From positions 124,001 to 188,000 of the IMG/VR virus record IMGVR_UViG_3300044638_006750: 64,000 bases of DNA; one strand, written 5' to 3'. Shown here piece by piece: positions 18,944-29,130 of the stretch. The notes under the pieces were generated by a model that was given only the letters and a program-made list of their open reading frames with translations, ran no database searches and was not told where the DNA came from. Position 1 is the stretch's first letter. Every line of letters begins with the position of its first letter. The translations under genes were made by a program, and so were the position numbers.

Positions 18944-19980
18944 TCAACGCTTCCTGGTGCCTTGTACTTTCCAACAGTATACCCTGGAACTGTGTATTCG
19001 TCAACTACAGCATCTATGCCTTTTAGCTCGATATCGTGCTTAACCTGTTCACACTTTGTCATAAAGGTATCTTTTTGACACAACTGATTATCTCTATATT
19101 CGATGATTGGCAAAACATTAGAGTCTTGAAAAGTGCTTTTCCCATAATGACAAAGCTTACTACACATCCAGCTCTTATTCAATTTAGGTCTTTTTGTTTT
19201 CTTTATAATTTCAAATTTTTCTCTTAGCATTGATTCTGTTTTGGGCATATCGGATTTATCAAAATGAACGCTAAAAGCTCCACCGTCGTTAATAAAAAAT
19301 ATAGTAACCATTACATGTTCAATATCTGGATATAGATTTTGCACAGCATAGTGGTATATCCTGAGTTGAGGATCATCTTCTAATTTTTCTTGTGTTTTTT
19401 CTTGTCCCGTGGCCCAGTTAAGTCTGCGACCTGTTTTCCAGTCTACAATTTCCAAAGTATTATCATTAACTTTTGTAATTAAGTCTATTGTTCCCTTTAT
19501 TCCTAAATTACCCTCAAGCACACCTTGAGATGTATTATACTTATATTTGGCCCAAGGTTTTTGTATTACTATATCAAAATGTTGTTCTGGACATACAATT
19601 TCTCTATTCCTGGGATCAAACATCCCATTATTATATAAGATTGCTTTATCAACCCATGTTCTACAGTCTTTGCGATCCTTGTCTGTCCATTTATGATGAT
19701 GAAACCTACTAGTGTAATAATCATATACTTGATTACTAATATCATCTAAATTATAATTAGAAATATCTACATTTCCAATAGTATCGTCTTCAAATACTTG
19801 GTTTTTATTCTGCTGATTTTGTTTGATCATAGCAAGTATTTCTAGTACCTTATGTACTATTGTACCTTTATCAGCTTTTTGATTACTTGGTCCACGATAA
19901 CCCAAAACATACTCAAAAAAATATTGCTGCTCACACATCGAATGAGCATTATAGGATGAGCTTCGAAAATATGTGATTAT
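18940..19980 (-). CDS. PD-(D/E)XK RecB/Cas4-like exonuclease; probable ATA/ATT start at 19980/19983
   Basis: KGTIVHKVLE, KGTIDLI, IVDWKTG, QLRIY, C-terminal Cys; the family N-terminal motif RSSSY....C...Y lies upstream of ATG 19938. Confidence 0.85.
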   Translation of the reverse strand: MITYFRSSSYNAHSMCEQQYFFEYVLGYRGPSNQKADKGTIVHKVLEILAMIKQNQQNKNQVFEDDTIGNVDISNYNLDDISNQVYDYYTSRFHHHKWTDKDRKDCRTWVDKAILYNNGMFDPRNREIVCPEQHFDIVIQKPWAKYKYNTSQGVLEGNLGIKGTIDLITKVNDNTLEIVDWKTGRRLNWATGQEKTQEKLEDDPQLRIYHYAVQNLYPDIEHVMVTIFFINDGGAFSVHFDKSDMPKTESMLREKFEIIKKTKRPKLNKSWMCSKLCHYGKSTFQDSNVLPIIEYRDNQLCQKDTFMTKCEQVKHDIELKGIDAVVDEYTVPGYTVGKYKAPGSVE

Positions 19981-20615
19981 AATTGGAGTATTCCTTTATC
20001 TAAGAGAAATTTATAAATAGCTTGATTTTTTTCTTCTATGGATAGCTGAGAATTATTAAGAACTAAATCAAACTTTGACCAGTCATAGAAACATTGGTCT
20101 AAAGCAGACTCGCTATCGGAATTGGATTGAAAAGGATCCTTGGTTAGCCTTATGACAAGCCCATTGTTATTTTGTATAGTCTCAACCTCATTGGGAAATC
20201 TACAATCTGCTACTAAGGCCACATCTACATTTTCTGATTTGATTTTATTAATAGTAGCGGCTGACCAGACATCTTTTTTCATTTGTCTGAATATTGATGT
20301 TCCTACAAATTCCATAACTTGTCTAGCTGTCATAAATCCACTCTCGTGGTAATCTTTCATTCGTGTCCATGTAATATTGTACTCCGGCATATCTTTCCAG
20401 CGTAAAGACGTAAGAGTATTCTTGTCTTCGTCTGTACCATAGCATTGTTCATATGTTAGCCCCAATATATTGATACATATATCTTGTTTTAAAGGATCTG
20501 CAAAGCTGTATATTTTGCATGAAAGGTTGGGCTGATATTGTCTGATTACCAATTGAATATAATCACATGCTGTACTCTTACCAGACTGTTTTCGTCCCGC
20601 TAATGCTATGATCAT
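19977..20615 (-). CDS. Deoxynucleoside monophosphate kinase (T4 gp1-like)
   Basis: IIALAGRKQSGKST, FADPLK, RQVMEFVGT, VADCRFPNE. Confidence 0.9.
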   Translation of the reverse strand: MIIALAGRKQSGKSTACDYIQLVIRQYQPNLSCKIYSFADPLKQDICINILGLTYEQCYGTDEDKNTLTSLRWKDMPEYNITWTRMKDYHESGFMTARQVMEFVGTSIFRQMKKDVWSAATINKIKSENVDVALVADCRFPNEVETIQNNNGLVIRLTKDPFQSNSDSESALDQCFYDWSKFDLVLNNSQLSIEEKNQAIYKFLLDKGILQL

Positions 20616-21781
20616 TGTATACTCGCTATTTGTGGTATTATTTCTTTCTTTATTTCATCAACAGATAGTTCACCAACATCGGAGCCGGTGAATTTTGGAC
20701 AATATATTCTATAGATTTTACGACATTTTTCTGTAATTTGTTTTACAGCCTTTTGTCCAGCCTCATCGTTGTCCATTAGAAGTATTATATTCATAGCTCC
20801 CGATGAATCAATCAGTAGTTTCTGCTTATCGCTGAGAGAAGAACCAAAAATGGCTACACTATTATGTATACCGGCTTCTTCTAATTTCCATACATTCCCT
20901 GGGCTTTCTACAAGAATAATATTTTTAGTTTTCTGAATATGGTCTTTTGCAAACCAGAAATTATATAGATGCTCTTGGGATTTGAATCCAAAATTATGTT
21001 TCCACTTGCAATATTTCCATGATTCTTCTTTGTCTGGACAAGAAACGGATGAGGCATGGTAATGCTTGCATTTATTACAGCAATCGAATATGCTTCTTCC
21101 TGTGCATCCGACAATAGACTTTCCATCTAGAGAATATATAGGTACTACTACTCGATTGTGCATTTCTTTACCTGGAGTAGCACATAAGCCTACATCATAT
21201 TTAGTCAATATCTCTGACGTATATCCTCTTTGAACATAATATGTAGCTGGTATCTGTAGAGATTGTCTAACCTGAGATCGTGTAACTGTGGACAAAGGAT
21301 TATTGTCTACTTTATTGGTTTTAACATTTTCTACTATTCTTGTAAATGTTGTTTTTTCAGCATCTGATCTGGATATTTTAATATCTTTTAGAGACTTATT
21401 AAGTAGCCCAAGACAAAATTCTACAGCTTCTTGAAATGACGCAGTATTGTCTCCGTCTTCTTTCCACTCATATTTTGATCTGGATAATACACCTCTGACA
21501 AAACCAATGATAGAACCTTTGAAAATCTGATCGCAATTATGCGTTCTACACTTCCAATTGCCTCTATAATAGTCTCCGGTATGATATATGTTCACCGCGG
21601 ACATATTATCTCCACCGTGTATAGGACATGACATTGTAACCATCTTATTGGTTATTTTATAATCAGTATCGGGAATATCGAGGGCTATCAATAAATCCTC
21701 TATATTATCACAAACCTGATCACAAATCACCTTAAGTTTGTTTTGGTCATACGAACGGAATTTCTGTGTCATTGTTTTCAT
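20612..21781 (-). CDS. DnaG-like primase (CHC2 zinc finger + TOPRIM)
   Basis: CPIHGGDN..WKCRTHNC; LVESPGNV; MDNDEAG. Confidence 0.88.
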   Translation of the reverse strand: MKTMTQKFRSYDQNKLKVICDQVCDNIEDLLIALDIPDTDYKITNKMVTMSCPIHGGDNMSAVNIYHTGDYYRGNWKCRTHNCDQIFKGSIIGFVRGVLSRSKYEWKEDGDNTASFQEAVEFCLGLLNKSLKDIKISRSDAEKTTFTRIVENVKTNKVDNNPLSTVTRSQVRQSLQIPATYYVQRGYTSEILTKYDVGLCATPGKEMHNRVVVPIYSLDGKSIVGCTGRSIFDCCNKCKHYHASSVSCPDKEESWKYCKWKHNFGFKSQEHLYNFWFAKDHIQKTKNIILVESPGNVWKLEEAGIHNSVAIFGSSLSDKQKLLIDSSGAMNIILLMDNDEAGQKAVKQITEKCRKIYRIYCPKFTGSDVGELSVDEIKKEIIPQIASIQ

Positions 21782-23207
21782 TTGATGTGTCTACCACAAA
21801 TCCATCTTGGTTATTACTGCGAGTATTATTGATTTCTAACTTAGTTTTACCTTCGGTTATTTTAGCACACCAGCCCTTCATGTGACAATTGATATAGTCA
21901 TTGTCATCCAATCCTCCACCATGTCTACTAATAAGTGGAACTAATTTTCTATTGCCGTTTGTTGGCCCATCCTCCGCTATTTCCTCATCAGACTTACGCT
22001 TAAATATTGTAAAATTGCTACATAGCCATATGATTCTATCCGATCCAGATGCCGTGTCTGTAGATTCTTTGGTGATACCATCTCTATTAAGCTGTATAAA
22101 TGAGACAATAGGCACTTTGTATCTAACAGCAAAATTATGTAAACTTGTCATCATAAATCCTAGCACTTGGTATTCTTTCATATCTTGAGATATACCAGCA
22201 GAATCCATTAATTTCAAATAATCATAAAATATTACACATTCCTTAGCTGTACCGTCCGCATTCAGGCCAACCTCTTTAACCAACCATCTACGCATAATAG
22301 ACAATTGATCTTCAAAAGGTTTACCGGCTATGCTTTTATAATAAAGTTTTGCATTCTTTAAAGCTTCTGTAGCCTTAGATATTTTTAGTTTCTTATCATT
22401 AGATTCTGCAAATTGTCCTGTTTCAATAGCATTGATTTCTATTTCTGTCATCATAGCTAAGAGCCTATGAATATGATCTTCTTTGTTCATTTCTGTATCC
22501 ATATTTAATACAGGAATACCTCTTAGAGCAATATTCGCACCCATATTATCGGATAGCAGCGTTTTACCGGTTTTGGGTCTTGCGGCTATAACATTAACCG
22601 TTCCTCTTCTTAATCCTCCGCCGATAGATTGATCATAGATAGGGAAACCAGTAGGAATACCAACTTGATCCACTTTGTTGAGTTCAAGCTGTTCGACATA
22701 CTCTTCTAGAGAATGTCCTATTTTTTCTGGCGCTCCGTCGCTATCTGCGAGCAATGAAGAAAAGTTAAATATACTATCTTCAGCTATACCTATAATAGAA
22801 GAAATAGGTTCATTACCAGTTACATCTAAGATTTTCTCTTGTGTAAGTTCCAGCTGTTTTCTAAGAAGCCTAGCAATTTCTAGCTTACGGATTTTAGCAG
22901 CAAATTTTCTGACATTATCCAGACTGACAGGAAAATCTATAATAGCTTTTAAATGTTGTGTTTCCTCTTTTTTGCTCAGAATATTGGCAACCCCAATCTC
23001 CTGAGCAATCGAGTATATAGACGCTATATCTATAGTCGATTGTTGATTATCACACAATGTTTTTAAACACTTATAGATGATACTATTACTATCTATGGTA
23101 AATGATGTATCCTGGAGAATATCAGCAACATCAAGGTAAGCATCTTGACCATAAGCACATATACCAGCTAATACAGCTCTTTCTGCTGCGGGATCTGCCA
23201 AAATCAT
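21747..23207 (-). CDS. dnaB: Replicative DNA helicase
   Basis: AERAVLAGI, AARPKTGKT, FYDYLKL, FIQLNRD. Confidence 0.93.
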   Translation of the reverse strand: MILADPAAERAVLAGICAYGQDAYLDVADILQDTSFTIDSNSIIYKCLKTLCDNQQSTIDIASIYSIAQEIGVANILSKKEETQHLKAIIDFPVSLDNVRKFAAKIRKLEIARLLRKQLELTQEKILDVTGNEPISSIIGIAEDSIFNFSSLLADSDGAPEKIGHSLEEYVEQLELNKVDQVGIPTGFPIYDQSIGGGLRRGTVNVIAARPKTGKTLLSDNMGANIALRGIPVLNMDTEMNKEDHIHRLLAMMTEIEINAIETGQFAESNDKKLKISKATEALKNAKLYYKSIAGKPFEDQLSIMRRWLVKEVGLNADGTAKECVIFYDYLKLMDSAGISQDMKEYQVLGFMMTSLHNFAVRYKVPIVSFIQLNRDGITKESTDTASGSDRIIWLCSNFTIFKRKSDEEIAEDGPTNGNRKLVPLISRHGGGLDDNDYINCHMKGWCAKITEGKTKLEINNTRSNNQDGFVVDTSNENNDTEIPFV

Positions 23208-23210
23208 AGT

Positions 23211-23705
23211 TTATCCTATTTTGCTATGAGAACTCATCAATTTAATTTTTTGAATAGACAGAAGAATATCCGACAGATTTTTTATATTTCCTGCAAGATA
23301 TTGAAGTCTGTCACTTCTTTGTTTCGCATACTTTCTAATCTTATTAAGAGCTATCGCCTTGTCATTATTTTTTATGGCCTGTAAAGACTTCTCTAAATAC
23401 CCGTACCCTTTATAATTATTGACCTCATCTGCGATAACATCCTTAATAGTCTCTTCTGCCCAATTGTATCTGGCTATTTCTCTATTAATAGTTCTTTGTA
23501 CATGAAATGAGAACTGACCTAATCTATAAGCTATCTGAGCACAATCTTCTGGAGTTAGTTTTTCCAACATATCCCTATTCATTGTAAGATAGTTTTGTAA
23601 TTCTGTCTCCTCAAAGATATTCGGCCTATACTTTTCTAAGCCTATGGAATTTTCATATTCATCTAATATGTTATCCCATGATTCAACCTGTTCTTTTGTA
23701 TTCAT
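23211..23705 (-). CDS. Hypothetical helical protein (possibly UvsY-like recombination mediator)
   Basis: Coiled-coil character; lies between recA and dnaB. Confidence 0.4.
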   Translation of the reverse strand: MNTKEQVESWDNILDEYENSIGLEKYRPNIFEETELQNYLTMNRDMLEKLTPEDCAQIAYRLGQFSFHVQRTINREIARYNWAEETIKDVIADEVNNYKGYGYLEKSLQAIKNNDKAIALNKIRKYAKQRSDRLQYLAGNIKNLSDILLSIQKIKLMSSHSKIG

Positions 23706-24105
23706 CCGTTATCCTTTGTTCCCATTGATCTACTGTCTCATTAAATGGTAGTTCTATGTATTTGATATCATTTTTGTAACACCATTCCACCTTTTCTCTA
23801 TCTCTCTTCTTGTGTTTCATAAACCCAAGCTGATTAGAGTGATAGTGTGCTACAAATTTATAGTGCTGCTCACCATGTACCTCTATACAGAATTTGATTA
23901 GAGGCAAGTAAAAATCGAGAAACAGAGTTTCTGACTTTCGTAGTATTATAGGCACTTCCTCCAGCACAACCAAGGTCGGGAAAATGTTCTTGATCAGCGA
24001 TCTGGCTTGCATGTGTAAATTAGATTTATTGGTTAATTTACTATGAGCCATATTTCCAATCAATTGCCAATTATGAGTGTTATCATCTAGATCTTTTATT
24101 AGCAT
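23683..24105 (-). CDS. DUF559/Vsr-like PD-(D/E)XK endonuclease
   Basis: LFLDFYLP..CIEVHGEQHY..RDREK..WC. Confidence 0.75.
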   Translation of the reverse strand: MLIKDLDDNTHNWQLIGNMAHSKLTNKSNLHMQARSLIKNIFPTLVVLEEVPIILRKSETLFLDFYLPLIKFCIEVHGEQHYKFVAHYHSNQLGFMKHKKRDREKVEWCYKNDIKYIELPFNETVDQWEQRITDEYKRTG

Positions 24106-25118
24106 TTTATGCCCATCATATTTTTCACTTCTCCATAAAGTTTGTCATAAACTTCTGGATGTTCCAATAGGTATAGTCTTACTTTTTCTACACCCTGAAA
24201 TTTGGGTTTGGTGTCACCATCGACAAAATCTAAAGTATACCATGCACCACCCTTATTAATCAAACCCATATCCGAAGCTAAAACAATTAGCTCTGTTTGC
24301 TTATCAATACCCTGCCCGTATCTTAGATATGATGTAATAGTACCGCCGGGAGGACCGAGAGCAGAACATACCACTTGCCAAGTAATTTCTTGACCGATTT
24401 GATTACCATCACTACCCAGTGTCCATGCACTAAATGATTTTGCTCTAAGTTTTATATCTGTTTGATATGCTATTGCCTGCCCAGACTTTTCTTTAAACTC
24501 AGCACCATAACCAGTGGGATTTCCCATCAAGTGTGTAATACCTATAACAATATTTTTATTTACTGGTATAACATTAGCTACTTTACGACAAAACTTAGCC
24601 AATAGTTTTGCTCCGTCCGCTCTTTGCATTTTATCCATATCAGATGTTATTTCTGCTTCTGTACACAATGCAGAATATGAGTCTATAATTAGAACACATC
24701 CAGGTTCTTCGTTAATAATTCTTTCTGCAATCTGTAAGTACTCTTCAGCATGTAATATTTTACCCTGTTGAGAACCTATAATATCAAATCTAGATAAATC
24801 AAGGCCGGGTATACCCTCTAAATCTCTTTTCTTCAATCTACCTTCGATGTTTAGATAGTACACATGTCTAGGTTTTTTAAGATCTCCCTGATACTCTTTC
24901 TTTTGTGCTGTAGCACAAAACGAGAGAGAGGTTGTAGTTTTGCCGCATTTGGGTTGTCCAGTTAAAACAACAAAGCTACCCTCTGGGATGCCTCCATTTA
25001 AAATAACGTCGATGGCTGGACTCACAGGGATCACTATTGATGTTTTGTCTACTACAGCACTAGCCGACAAGATGATGTCCGAACCAAAATCTTTAATTAC
25101 CCCTTCTTTAAGTCCCAT
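24099..25118 (-). CDS. recA: RecA/UvsX recombinase
   Basis: GGIPEG..GQPKCGKTT, IIDSYSAL, SGQAIAYQTDIKL, KGGAWY. Confidence 0.93.
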   Translation of the reverse strand: MGLKEGVIKDFGSDIILSASAVVDKTSIVIPVSPAIDVILNGGIPEGSFVVLTGQPKCGKTTTSLSFCATAQKKEYQGDLKKPRHVYYLNIEGRLKKRDLEGIPGLDLSRFDIIGSQQGKILHAEEYLQIAERIINEEPGCVLIIDSYSALCTEAEITSDMDKMQRADGAKLLAKFCRKVANVIPVNKNIVIGITHLMGNPTGYGAEFKEKSGQAIAYQTDIKLRAKSFSAWTLGSDGNQIGQEITWQVVCSALGPPGGTITSYLRYGQGIDKQTELIVLASDMGLINKGGAWYTLDFVDGDTKPKFQGVEKVRLYLLEHPEVYDKLYGEVKNMMGIKC

Positions 25119-25527
25119 TGTCTATGTCCTCTAATTTAGATAGTATATTTGATTTACCTTTGATGTTTTGTCTATGAGAAATATTATCTTTTCTCTCTAG
25201 ATTTTTTGTCAAAGTATTGTTTTCTTTCTCTAACATCGACGCCTCTTGTTCAATAATAGGAACCAGATGCGGCGCTCGCAATGAATAGATTTTTTCACAC
25301 TTTGGATTCTTCAAAGCTCTAATCACAGCTTTTTCACCATACTTTTTAATTAATTTATTAGCACTAGCTATTTGATTTCTAAAAAATCCTGCCCACACTT
25401 TATTAGTCCAGAATCTATGATGAAGATCCTGCTTATCCATCTTAGCCTTTTTCTCGCAAATCATTTCTGTAATATATTGGGCGGCAGAAACAAATTTGTC
25501 ATTCGAGTATCTTGATGGGTATTTCAT
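25108..25527 (-). CDS. Hypothetical protein
   Basis: 139-aa coupled ORF. Confidence 0.65.
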   Translation of the reverse strand: MKYPSRYSNDKFVSAAQYITEMICEKKAKMDKQDLHHRFWTNKVWAGFFRNQIASANKLIKKYGEKAVIRALKNPKCEKIYSLRAPHLVPIIEQEASMLEKENNTLTKNLERKDNISHRQNIKGKSNILSKLEDIDNGT

Positions 25528-25880
25528 TGTTTTTTATCAAAAATTTCCTTACTGGCTTTTGCCATTGATTTCTGTAGATGATCATCAAATATTCCTATAA
25601 ACCTATCATAGTCTTCTTTGACCGGAAGAGGGATATAGAAATTTTTTTCTACAACTTTAGACGTTTTGACTGATTGCCCTTTTTCATTAACAGACAAAAC
25701 TTGGAATACTACTTTTGCTAAAATCTCATGCTGGTAGTCTGTGTGTTTCTCTTGATCTTCAAACAGTTCTCCATATGAACCCCTAAAATAGTCTTCTGCT
25801 TCTTTAGTTTTAGCGGAAACTAAATCTTCTATTATTTTATCTATATGCTCTTGGTCGGTATTTTCTGGTATATCTGACAT
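25524..25880 (-). CDS. Hypothetical protein
   Basis: 118-aa coupled ORF. Confidence 0.6.
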   Translation of the reverse strand: MSDIPENTDQEHIDKIIEDLVSAKTKEAEDYFRGSYGELFEDQEKHTDYQHEILAKVVFQVLSVNEKGQSVKTSKVVEKNFYIPLPVKEDYDRFIGIFDDHLQKSMAKASKEIFDKKQ

Positions 25881-25883
25881 ATT

Positions 25884-26258
25884 TTATCCTGGAGATGTTG
25901 CGCAGTTATTACATTTGTATCTGTCTGTAGAGTCTACAACATTTTCACTAACCATTTCAGATTTGCCACATACTCTGCATTTAACTTCGACGAAGTTGAC
26001 AGGTCTGTTTCTCATGGTTGGAGGATATTTTGCTAATTTTTTATCTATAGCCACATCTTCTTGATGCATCTTAGCTTCTGGCATATCTGTAAATTTATTA
26101 ACTCTTTTAGTTTTGGTGTTAAATTTTCTACTAGTATCTTTTATAGGGTCGTCTACTCTTGGAGTTTCTGTTTCTTCCTCATCAGATATTAGAGACGATA
26201 ATAAAGATATTAGTTCTTTGATCTTTTTTGGGTCTTTAGATAATTTATCAAGATCCAT
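25884..26258 (-). CDS. Hypothetical protein with C-terminal Zn ribbon
   Basis: CRVC...CNNC. Confidence 0.65.
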   Translation of the reverse strand: MDLDKLSKDPKKIKELISLLSSLISDEEETETPRVDDPIKDTSRKFNTKTKRVNKFTDMPEAKMHQEDVAIDKKLAKYPPTMRNRPVNFVEVKCRVCGKSEMVSENVVDSTDRYKCNNCATSPG

Positions 26259-26261
26259 AAA

Positions 26262-26639
26262 TTATTTTCCTTTATTTTTCTTACTTTCACTGGGAATGAA
26301 TATGCCATCTCTCATATATCTGTTTTGTTCTATACCAGCAGCGGGAGCATTCTTTTTTACAGCATCATTATATTCTGATGCGTCCTTAGTCATAATAGAG
26401 ACTGTTTTAGTTTGCTTGCCCATAGTAGTATTGATCATCAAATTCTTAGACTTACTTACTCCGGGTTCTTGTGCTGTTTTTATATTTGAACCAGTTGTGT
26501 TTGTCATATTATGTTTTTCAAGAATTTTTGATACTTGATCAACACTTAGTTTAAGCTCTTCCGCTATTTCTTCTGGTGTCTTATTTTGTTGAGCTAACCA
26601 ATTAACAGCATATATATTAGTCTTACTGATTCTAGCCAT
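26262..26639 (-). CDS. Putative HTH DNA-binding protein
   Basis: KTPEEIAEELKLSVDQVSKILEK. Confidence 0.55.
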   Translation of the reverse strand: MARISKTNIYAVNWLAQQNKTPEEIAEELKLSVDQVSKILEKHNMTNTTGSNIKTAQEPGVSKSKNLMINTTMGKQTKTVSIMTKDASEYNDAVKKNAPAAGIEQNRYMRDGIFIPSESKKNKGK

Positions 26640-27049
26640 TATATCATCTCTCTTTCTGCGTTGTTAAGCCACGACTCATTTTTTGTTCTAAGGAATCTTA
26701 GATACATACTAAAAATTTTAGGATTTACATCTTGAAACTTAGTATTTTCTTTACATACTCTATTGATAAAATTCTGAGAAACACTTTCATTGAACTTACT
26801 CATTGGATTAAAAAGCTTTCCTCGGGAATCTAGTTTAACGTAGTATCTGGTACTGTTATTATCTGGGATATAAATAGATTTAGCGTAGGTTTGATTGTTT
26901 TCTACGTTAAGCCTAGGATTAAATTCGTCGTCCTTAAAGTCTTCTGATCCAGCTATAGTATAGTAATTCTCTGTTCTGGGTTTAGACACTGTTTGATTAT
27001 TAGCTTGAAAAATACAGCTACTATCTAACTTTTCTATTCTTTTGTCCAT
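26639..27049 (-). CDS. Hypothetical protein, paralogue of 27387-27791
   Basis: Shared YYT..G.EDF.D, YY.K, NP.S, F...VCK, YL.FL.TKN..WL..A.RE motifs. Confidence 0.75.
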   Translation of the reverse strand: MDKRIEKLDSSCIFQANNQTVSKPRTENYYTIAGSEDFKDDEFNPRLNVENNQTYAKSIYIPDNNSTRYYVKLDSRGKLFNPMSKFNESVSQNFINRVCKENTKFQDVNPKIFSMYLRFLRTKNESWLNNAEREMI

Positions 27050-27387
27050 TTTACTTTTCCTTTCGATTTTTTCATTCTGCTCATACCACTCGGTAAGCTC
27101 TTAGTAGATTCCTCATACTTATAGCTATTATGTTTCATATTTAGTGCAGCTTTTTGGTCATCGCTCATTTTTTCACTATTTCTATTTGCTAGATGTCCCA
27201 GCGTTTTAATCTCACTGTCTGCTAATCTAACAGAGGTAGCTAGTGTAGACAGGTCATCATGATATGATCTGGTTGCATTTTTGGCTCCGCACTGTTCACA
27301 AGAAACCTTTTCTTTATAGTCTCGTAATGAACAGACTATCTCAAATTTAGTTGAACATTTCTCGCAAATATATGTATAGCAGGGCAT
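27034..27387 (-). CDS. FmdB-family zinc-ribbon protein
   Basis: MPCYTYICEKC..FE...CEQCG; TAATG overlap start. Confidence 0.8.
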   Translation of the reverse strand: MPCYTYICEKCSTKFEIVCSLRDYKEKVSCEQCGAKNATRSYHDDLSTLATSVRLADSEIKTLGHLANRNSEKMSDDQKAALNMKHNSYKYEESTKSLPSGMSRMKKSKGKVKWTKE

Positions 27388-27791
27388 TATTTTATTTCTC
27401 TTTGAGCTTCCGTTAGCCACTGGATATTTTTTGTTTTTAAGAAAGTCAGGTATTTATCGAATATTGCCTTGTTGACTTCTATAAATGCTTTGTCTTTTTT
27501 GCACACCGAATCTATAAAGGATGGCTTTGAGCTATTAGTCGAGTATAACGATACCGGATTGTGTAATACCCTATTTGGGGATGCCTTTATATAATAAGAA
27601 AACCCCGCACTATTATTTAATGTATTAGATTGAAAAGCTTTTGGAGGCTTGTTCTTTACCGCTTTGGCACAGACACTATTATCTAACGATTTTTTAGCTG
27701 GATTACCATATTCATCAAGAAAATCTTCATCTCCTATTAATGTATAGTAAAATGATTCTACAATATTCTCTTTAATTTTATGTATGTTCAT
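27387..27791 (-). CDS. Hypothetical protein, paralogue of 26639-27049
   Basis: Shared motifs as above; ATGA overlap with the HNH gene. Confidence 0.75.
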   Translation of the reverse strand: MNIHKIKENIVESFYYTLIGDEDFLDEYGNPAKKSLDNSVCAKAVKNKPPKAFQSNTLNNSAGFSYYIKASPNRVLHNPVSLYSTNSSKPSFIDSVCKKDKAFIEVNKAIFDKYLTFLKTKNIQWLTEAQREIK

Positions 27792-28375
27792 GATATGTAA
27801 GACGCTGGTAAATAAGTCAGCCATTCCTCTGGGATCTCATCCTTTATCTTAGAGAGGTAAGACTTGAGTGGCAAGTACTTAACGCTTTTAGACGGCTTAT
27901 ATGGAAGATTTAGTAGTGGCATATTCGCTTGTTTTGGTGTTCTATTGCCCTTTTTCCTGTTACAAGGCAAGCAGGATGTGACTATATTTGTCCAATTTGT
28001 TGGCGTACCATTATTATGGTAATCCCATTGAGATTTAGGAATAATATGATCATACGTTAATTCATTAACTGGTCTAGATTCACCACAATATTGACATGTA
28101 AAATCATCTCTAACAAACAGATTTTTCCTAGAAAAATTAACTGTTATATGATTCTGCTTACGATATTTAGAGGTTTTAGCTATTGCAGGAACAGGAAATT
28201 TTTTCCCGTTTGGAGCATTTATAAAATCATTCTTATAAAAGTCCACAATTTCTATTCCTATAGTATTATCGTATGAATTTTTAATAGACCAGATTAAAGC
28301 CCTCCGCCACGATATGACGCACAGAGGGCTGTAATCGGCATTCAATACTAAACACTTACGATGATTGTCCTTCAT
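27788..28375 (-). CDS. HNH endonuclease
   Basis: RDDFTCQYCG..TYDHIIPKS..NIVTSCLPCNRKKG. Confidence 0.92.
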   Translation of the reverse strand: MKDNHRKCLVLNADYSPLCVISWRRALIWSIKNSYDNTIGIEIVDFYKNDFINAPNGKKFPVPAIAKTSKYRKQNHITVNFSRKNLFVRDDFTCQYCGESRPVNELTYDHIIPKSQWDYHNNGTPTNWTNIVTSCLPCNRKKGNRTPKQANMPLLNLPYKPSKSVKYLPLKSYLSKIKDEIPEEWLTYLPASYIS

Positions 28376-29078
28376 AATTATCTAATCTTGCTAAAATAGA
28401 AGCTATTATAGGATTCCTAACTATGTCCGATGATTCTAGTTTGGCAAAGCCTATGCCTTCTAGACCATCTAGAGCATGAATAAGGTCTATAAAGCCGCCT
28501 TGCAAGTGTCTCATTAGATCTGACTGTCCTATGTCGCCAGTCATAACTAATTTACTATTTTGTCCAACTCTAGTTAATAACATTTTTAATTGTTCGTATG
28601 AAGCATTCTGGCACTCGTCTGCTACTATAAAACAATTATGAAAATTTCTACCTCTCATTAATCCCAGAGGAACAACTTCTATTCTGTTATTAGTCTTCAA
28701 AGAAACGTATTGTGCAGGAGATATGAAGTAGTTTATCTCATCTAGAATGGGCAATAAGTACGGATGAAGTTTTTCTTCAGCAGTGCCTGGGAGATAACCT
28801 ATCTTTTCACCTGCTTCTATCACTGGTCTAGTAATAACTATACGTTTGACTTTTTCATCTAATAAATATTCTAAAGCCATTCCTATAGCAATGTGTGTTT
28901 TGCCGCTTCCAGCCAATCCTTGACAAAAGGTTACTGTATTTTCGGCAATTGTTCTGATATACTCTTGTTGATTTTTACTCCTGGGTTTTAATCTATTTCT
29001 ATATAACTGTGGGGCTGGCTGTAAATCGTTTGTTGCGTCTACAACCCTCTTCTTCTTATTGTTATTTTTTTTTCTCAA
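28356..29078 (-). CDS. phoH: PhoH-family ATPase
   Basis: GLAGSGKT, ITRPVIE, GYLPG, MRGRNF, DECQN, TGDIGQSD. Confidence 0.95.
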   Translation of the reverse strand: MRKKNNNKKKRVVDATNDLQPAPQLYRNRLKPRSKNQQEYIRTIAENTVTFCQGLAGSGKTHIAIGMALEYLLDEKVKRIVITRPVIEAGEKIGYLPGTAEEKLHPYLLPILDEINYFISPAQYVSLKTNNRIEVVPLGLMRGRNFHNCFIVADECQNASYEQLKMLLTRVGQNSKLVMTGDIGQSDLMRHLQGGFIDLIHALDGLEGIGFAKLESSDIVRNPIIASILARLDNYEGQSS

Positions 29079-29130
29079 AGTATACCCTTTACTATAGAGT
29101 GTTACGATGTATCGATACCAATTATAGCTT

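Noticed and set aside
18940-19980. CRISPR-Cas system suggested by the Cas4-like nuclease
   Set aside because: No repeat-spacer array or other cas genes seen; replication context fits a stand-alone phage exonuclease.
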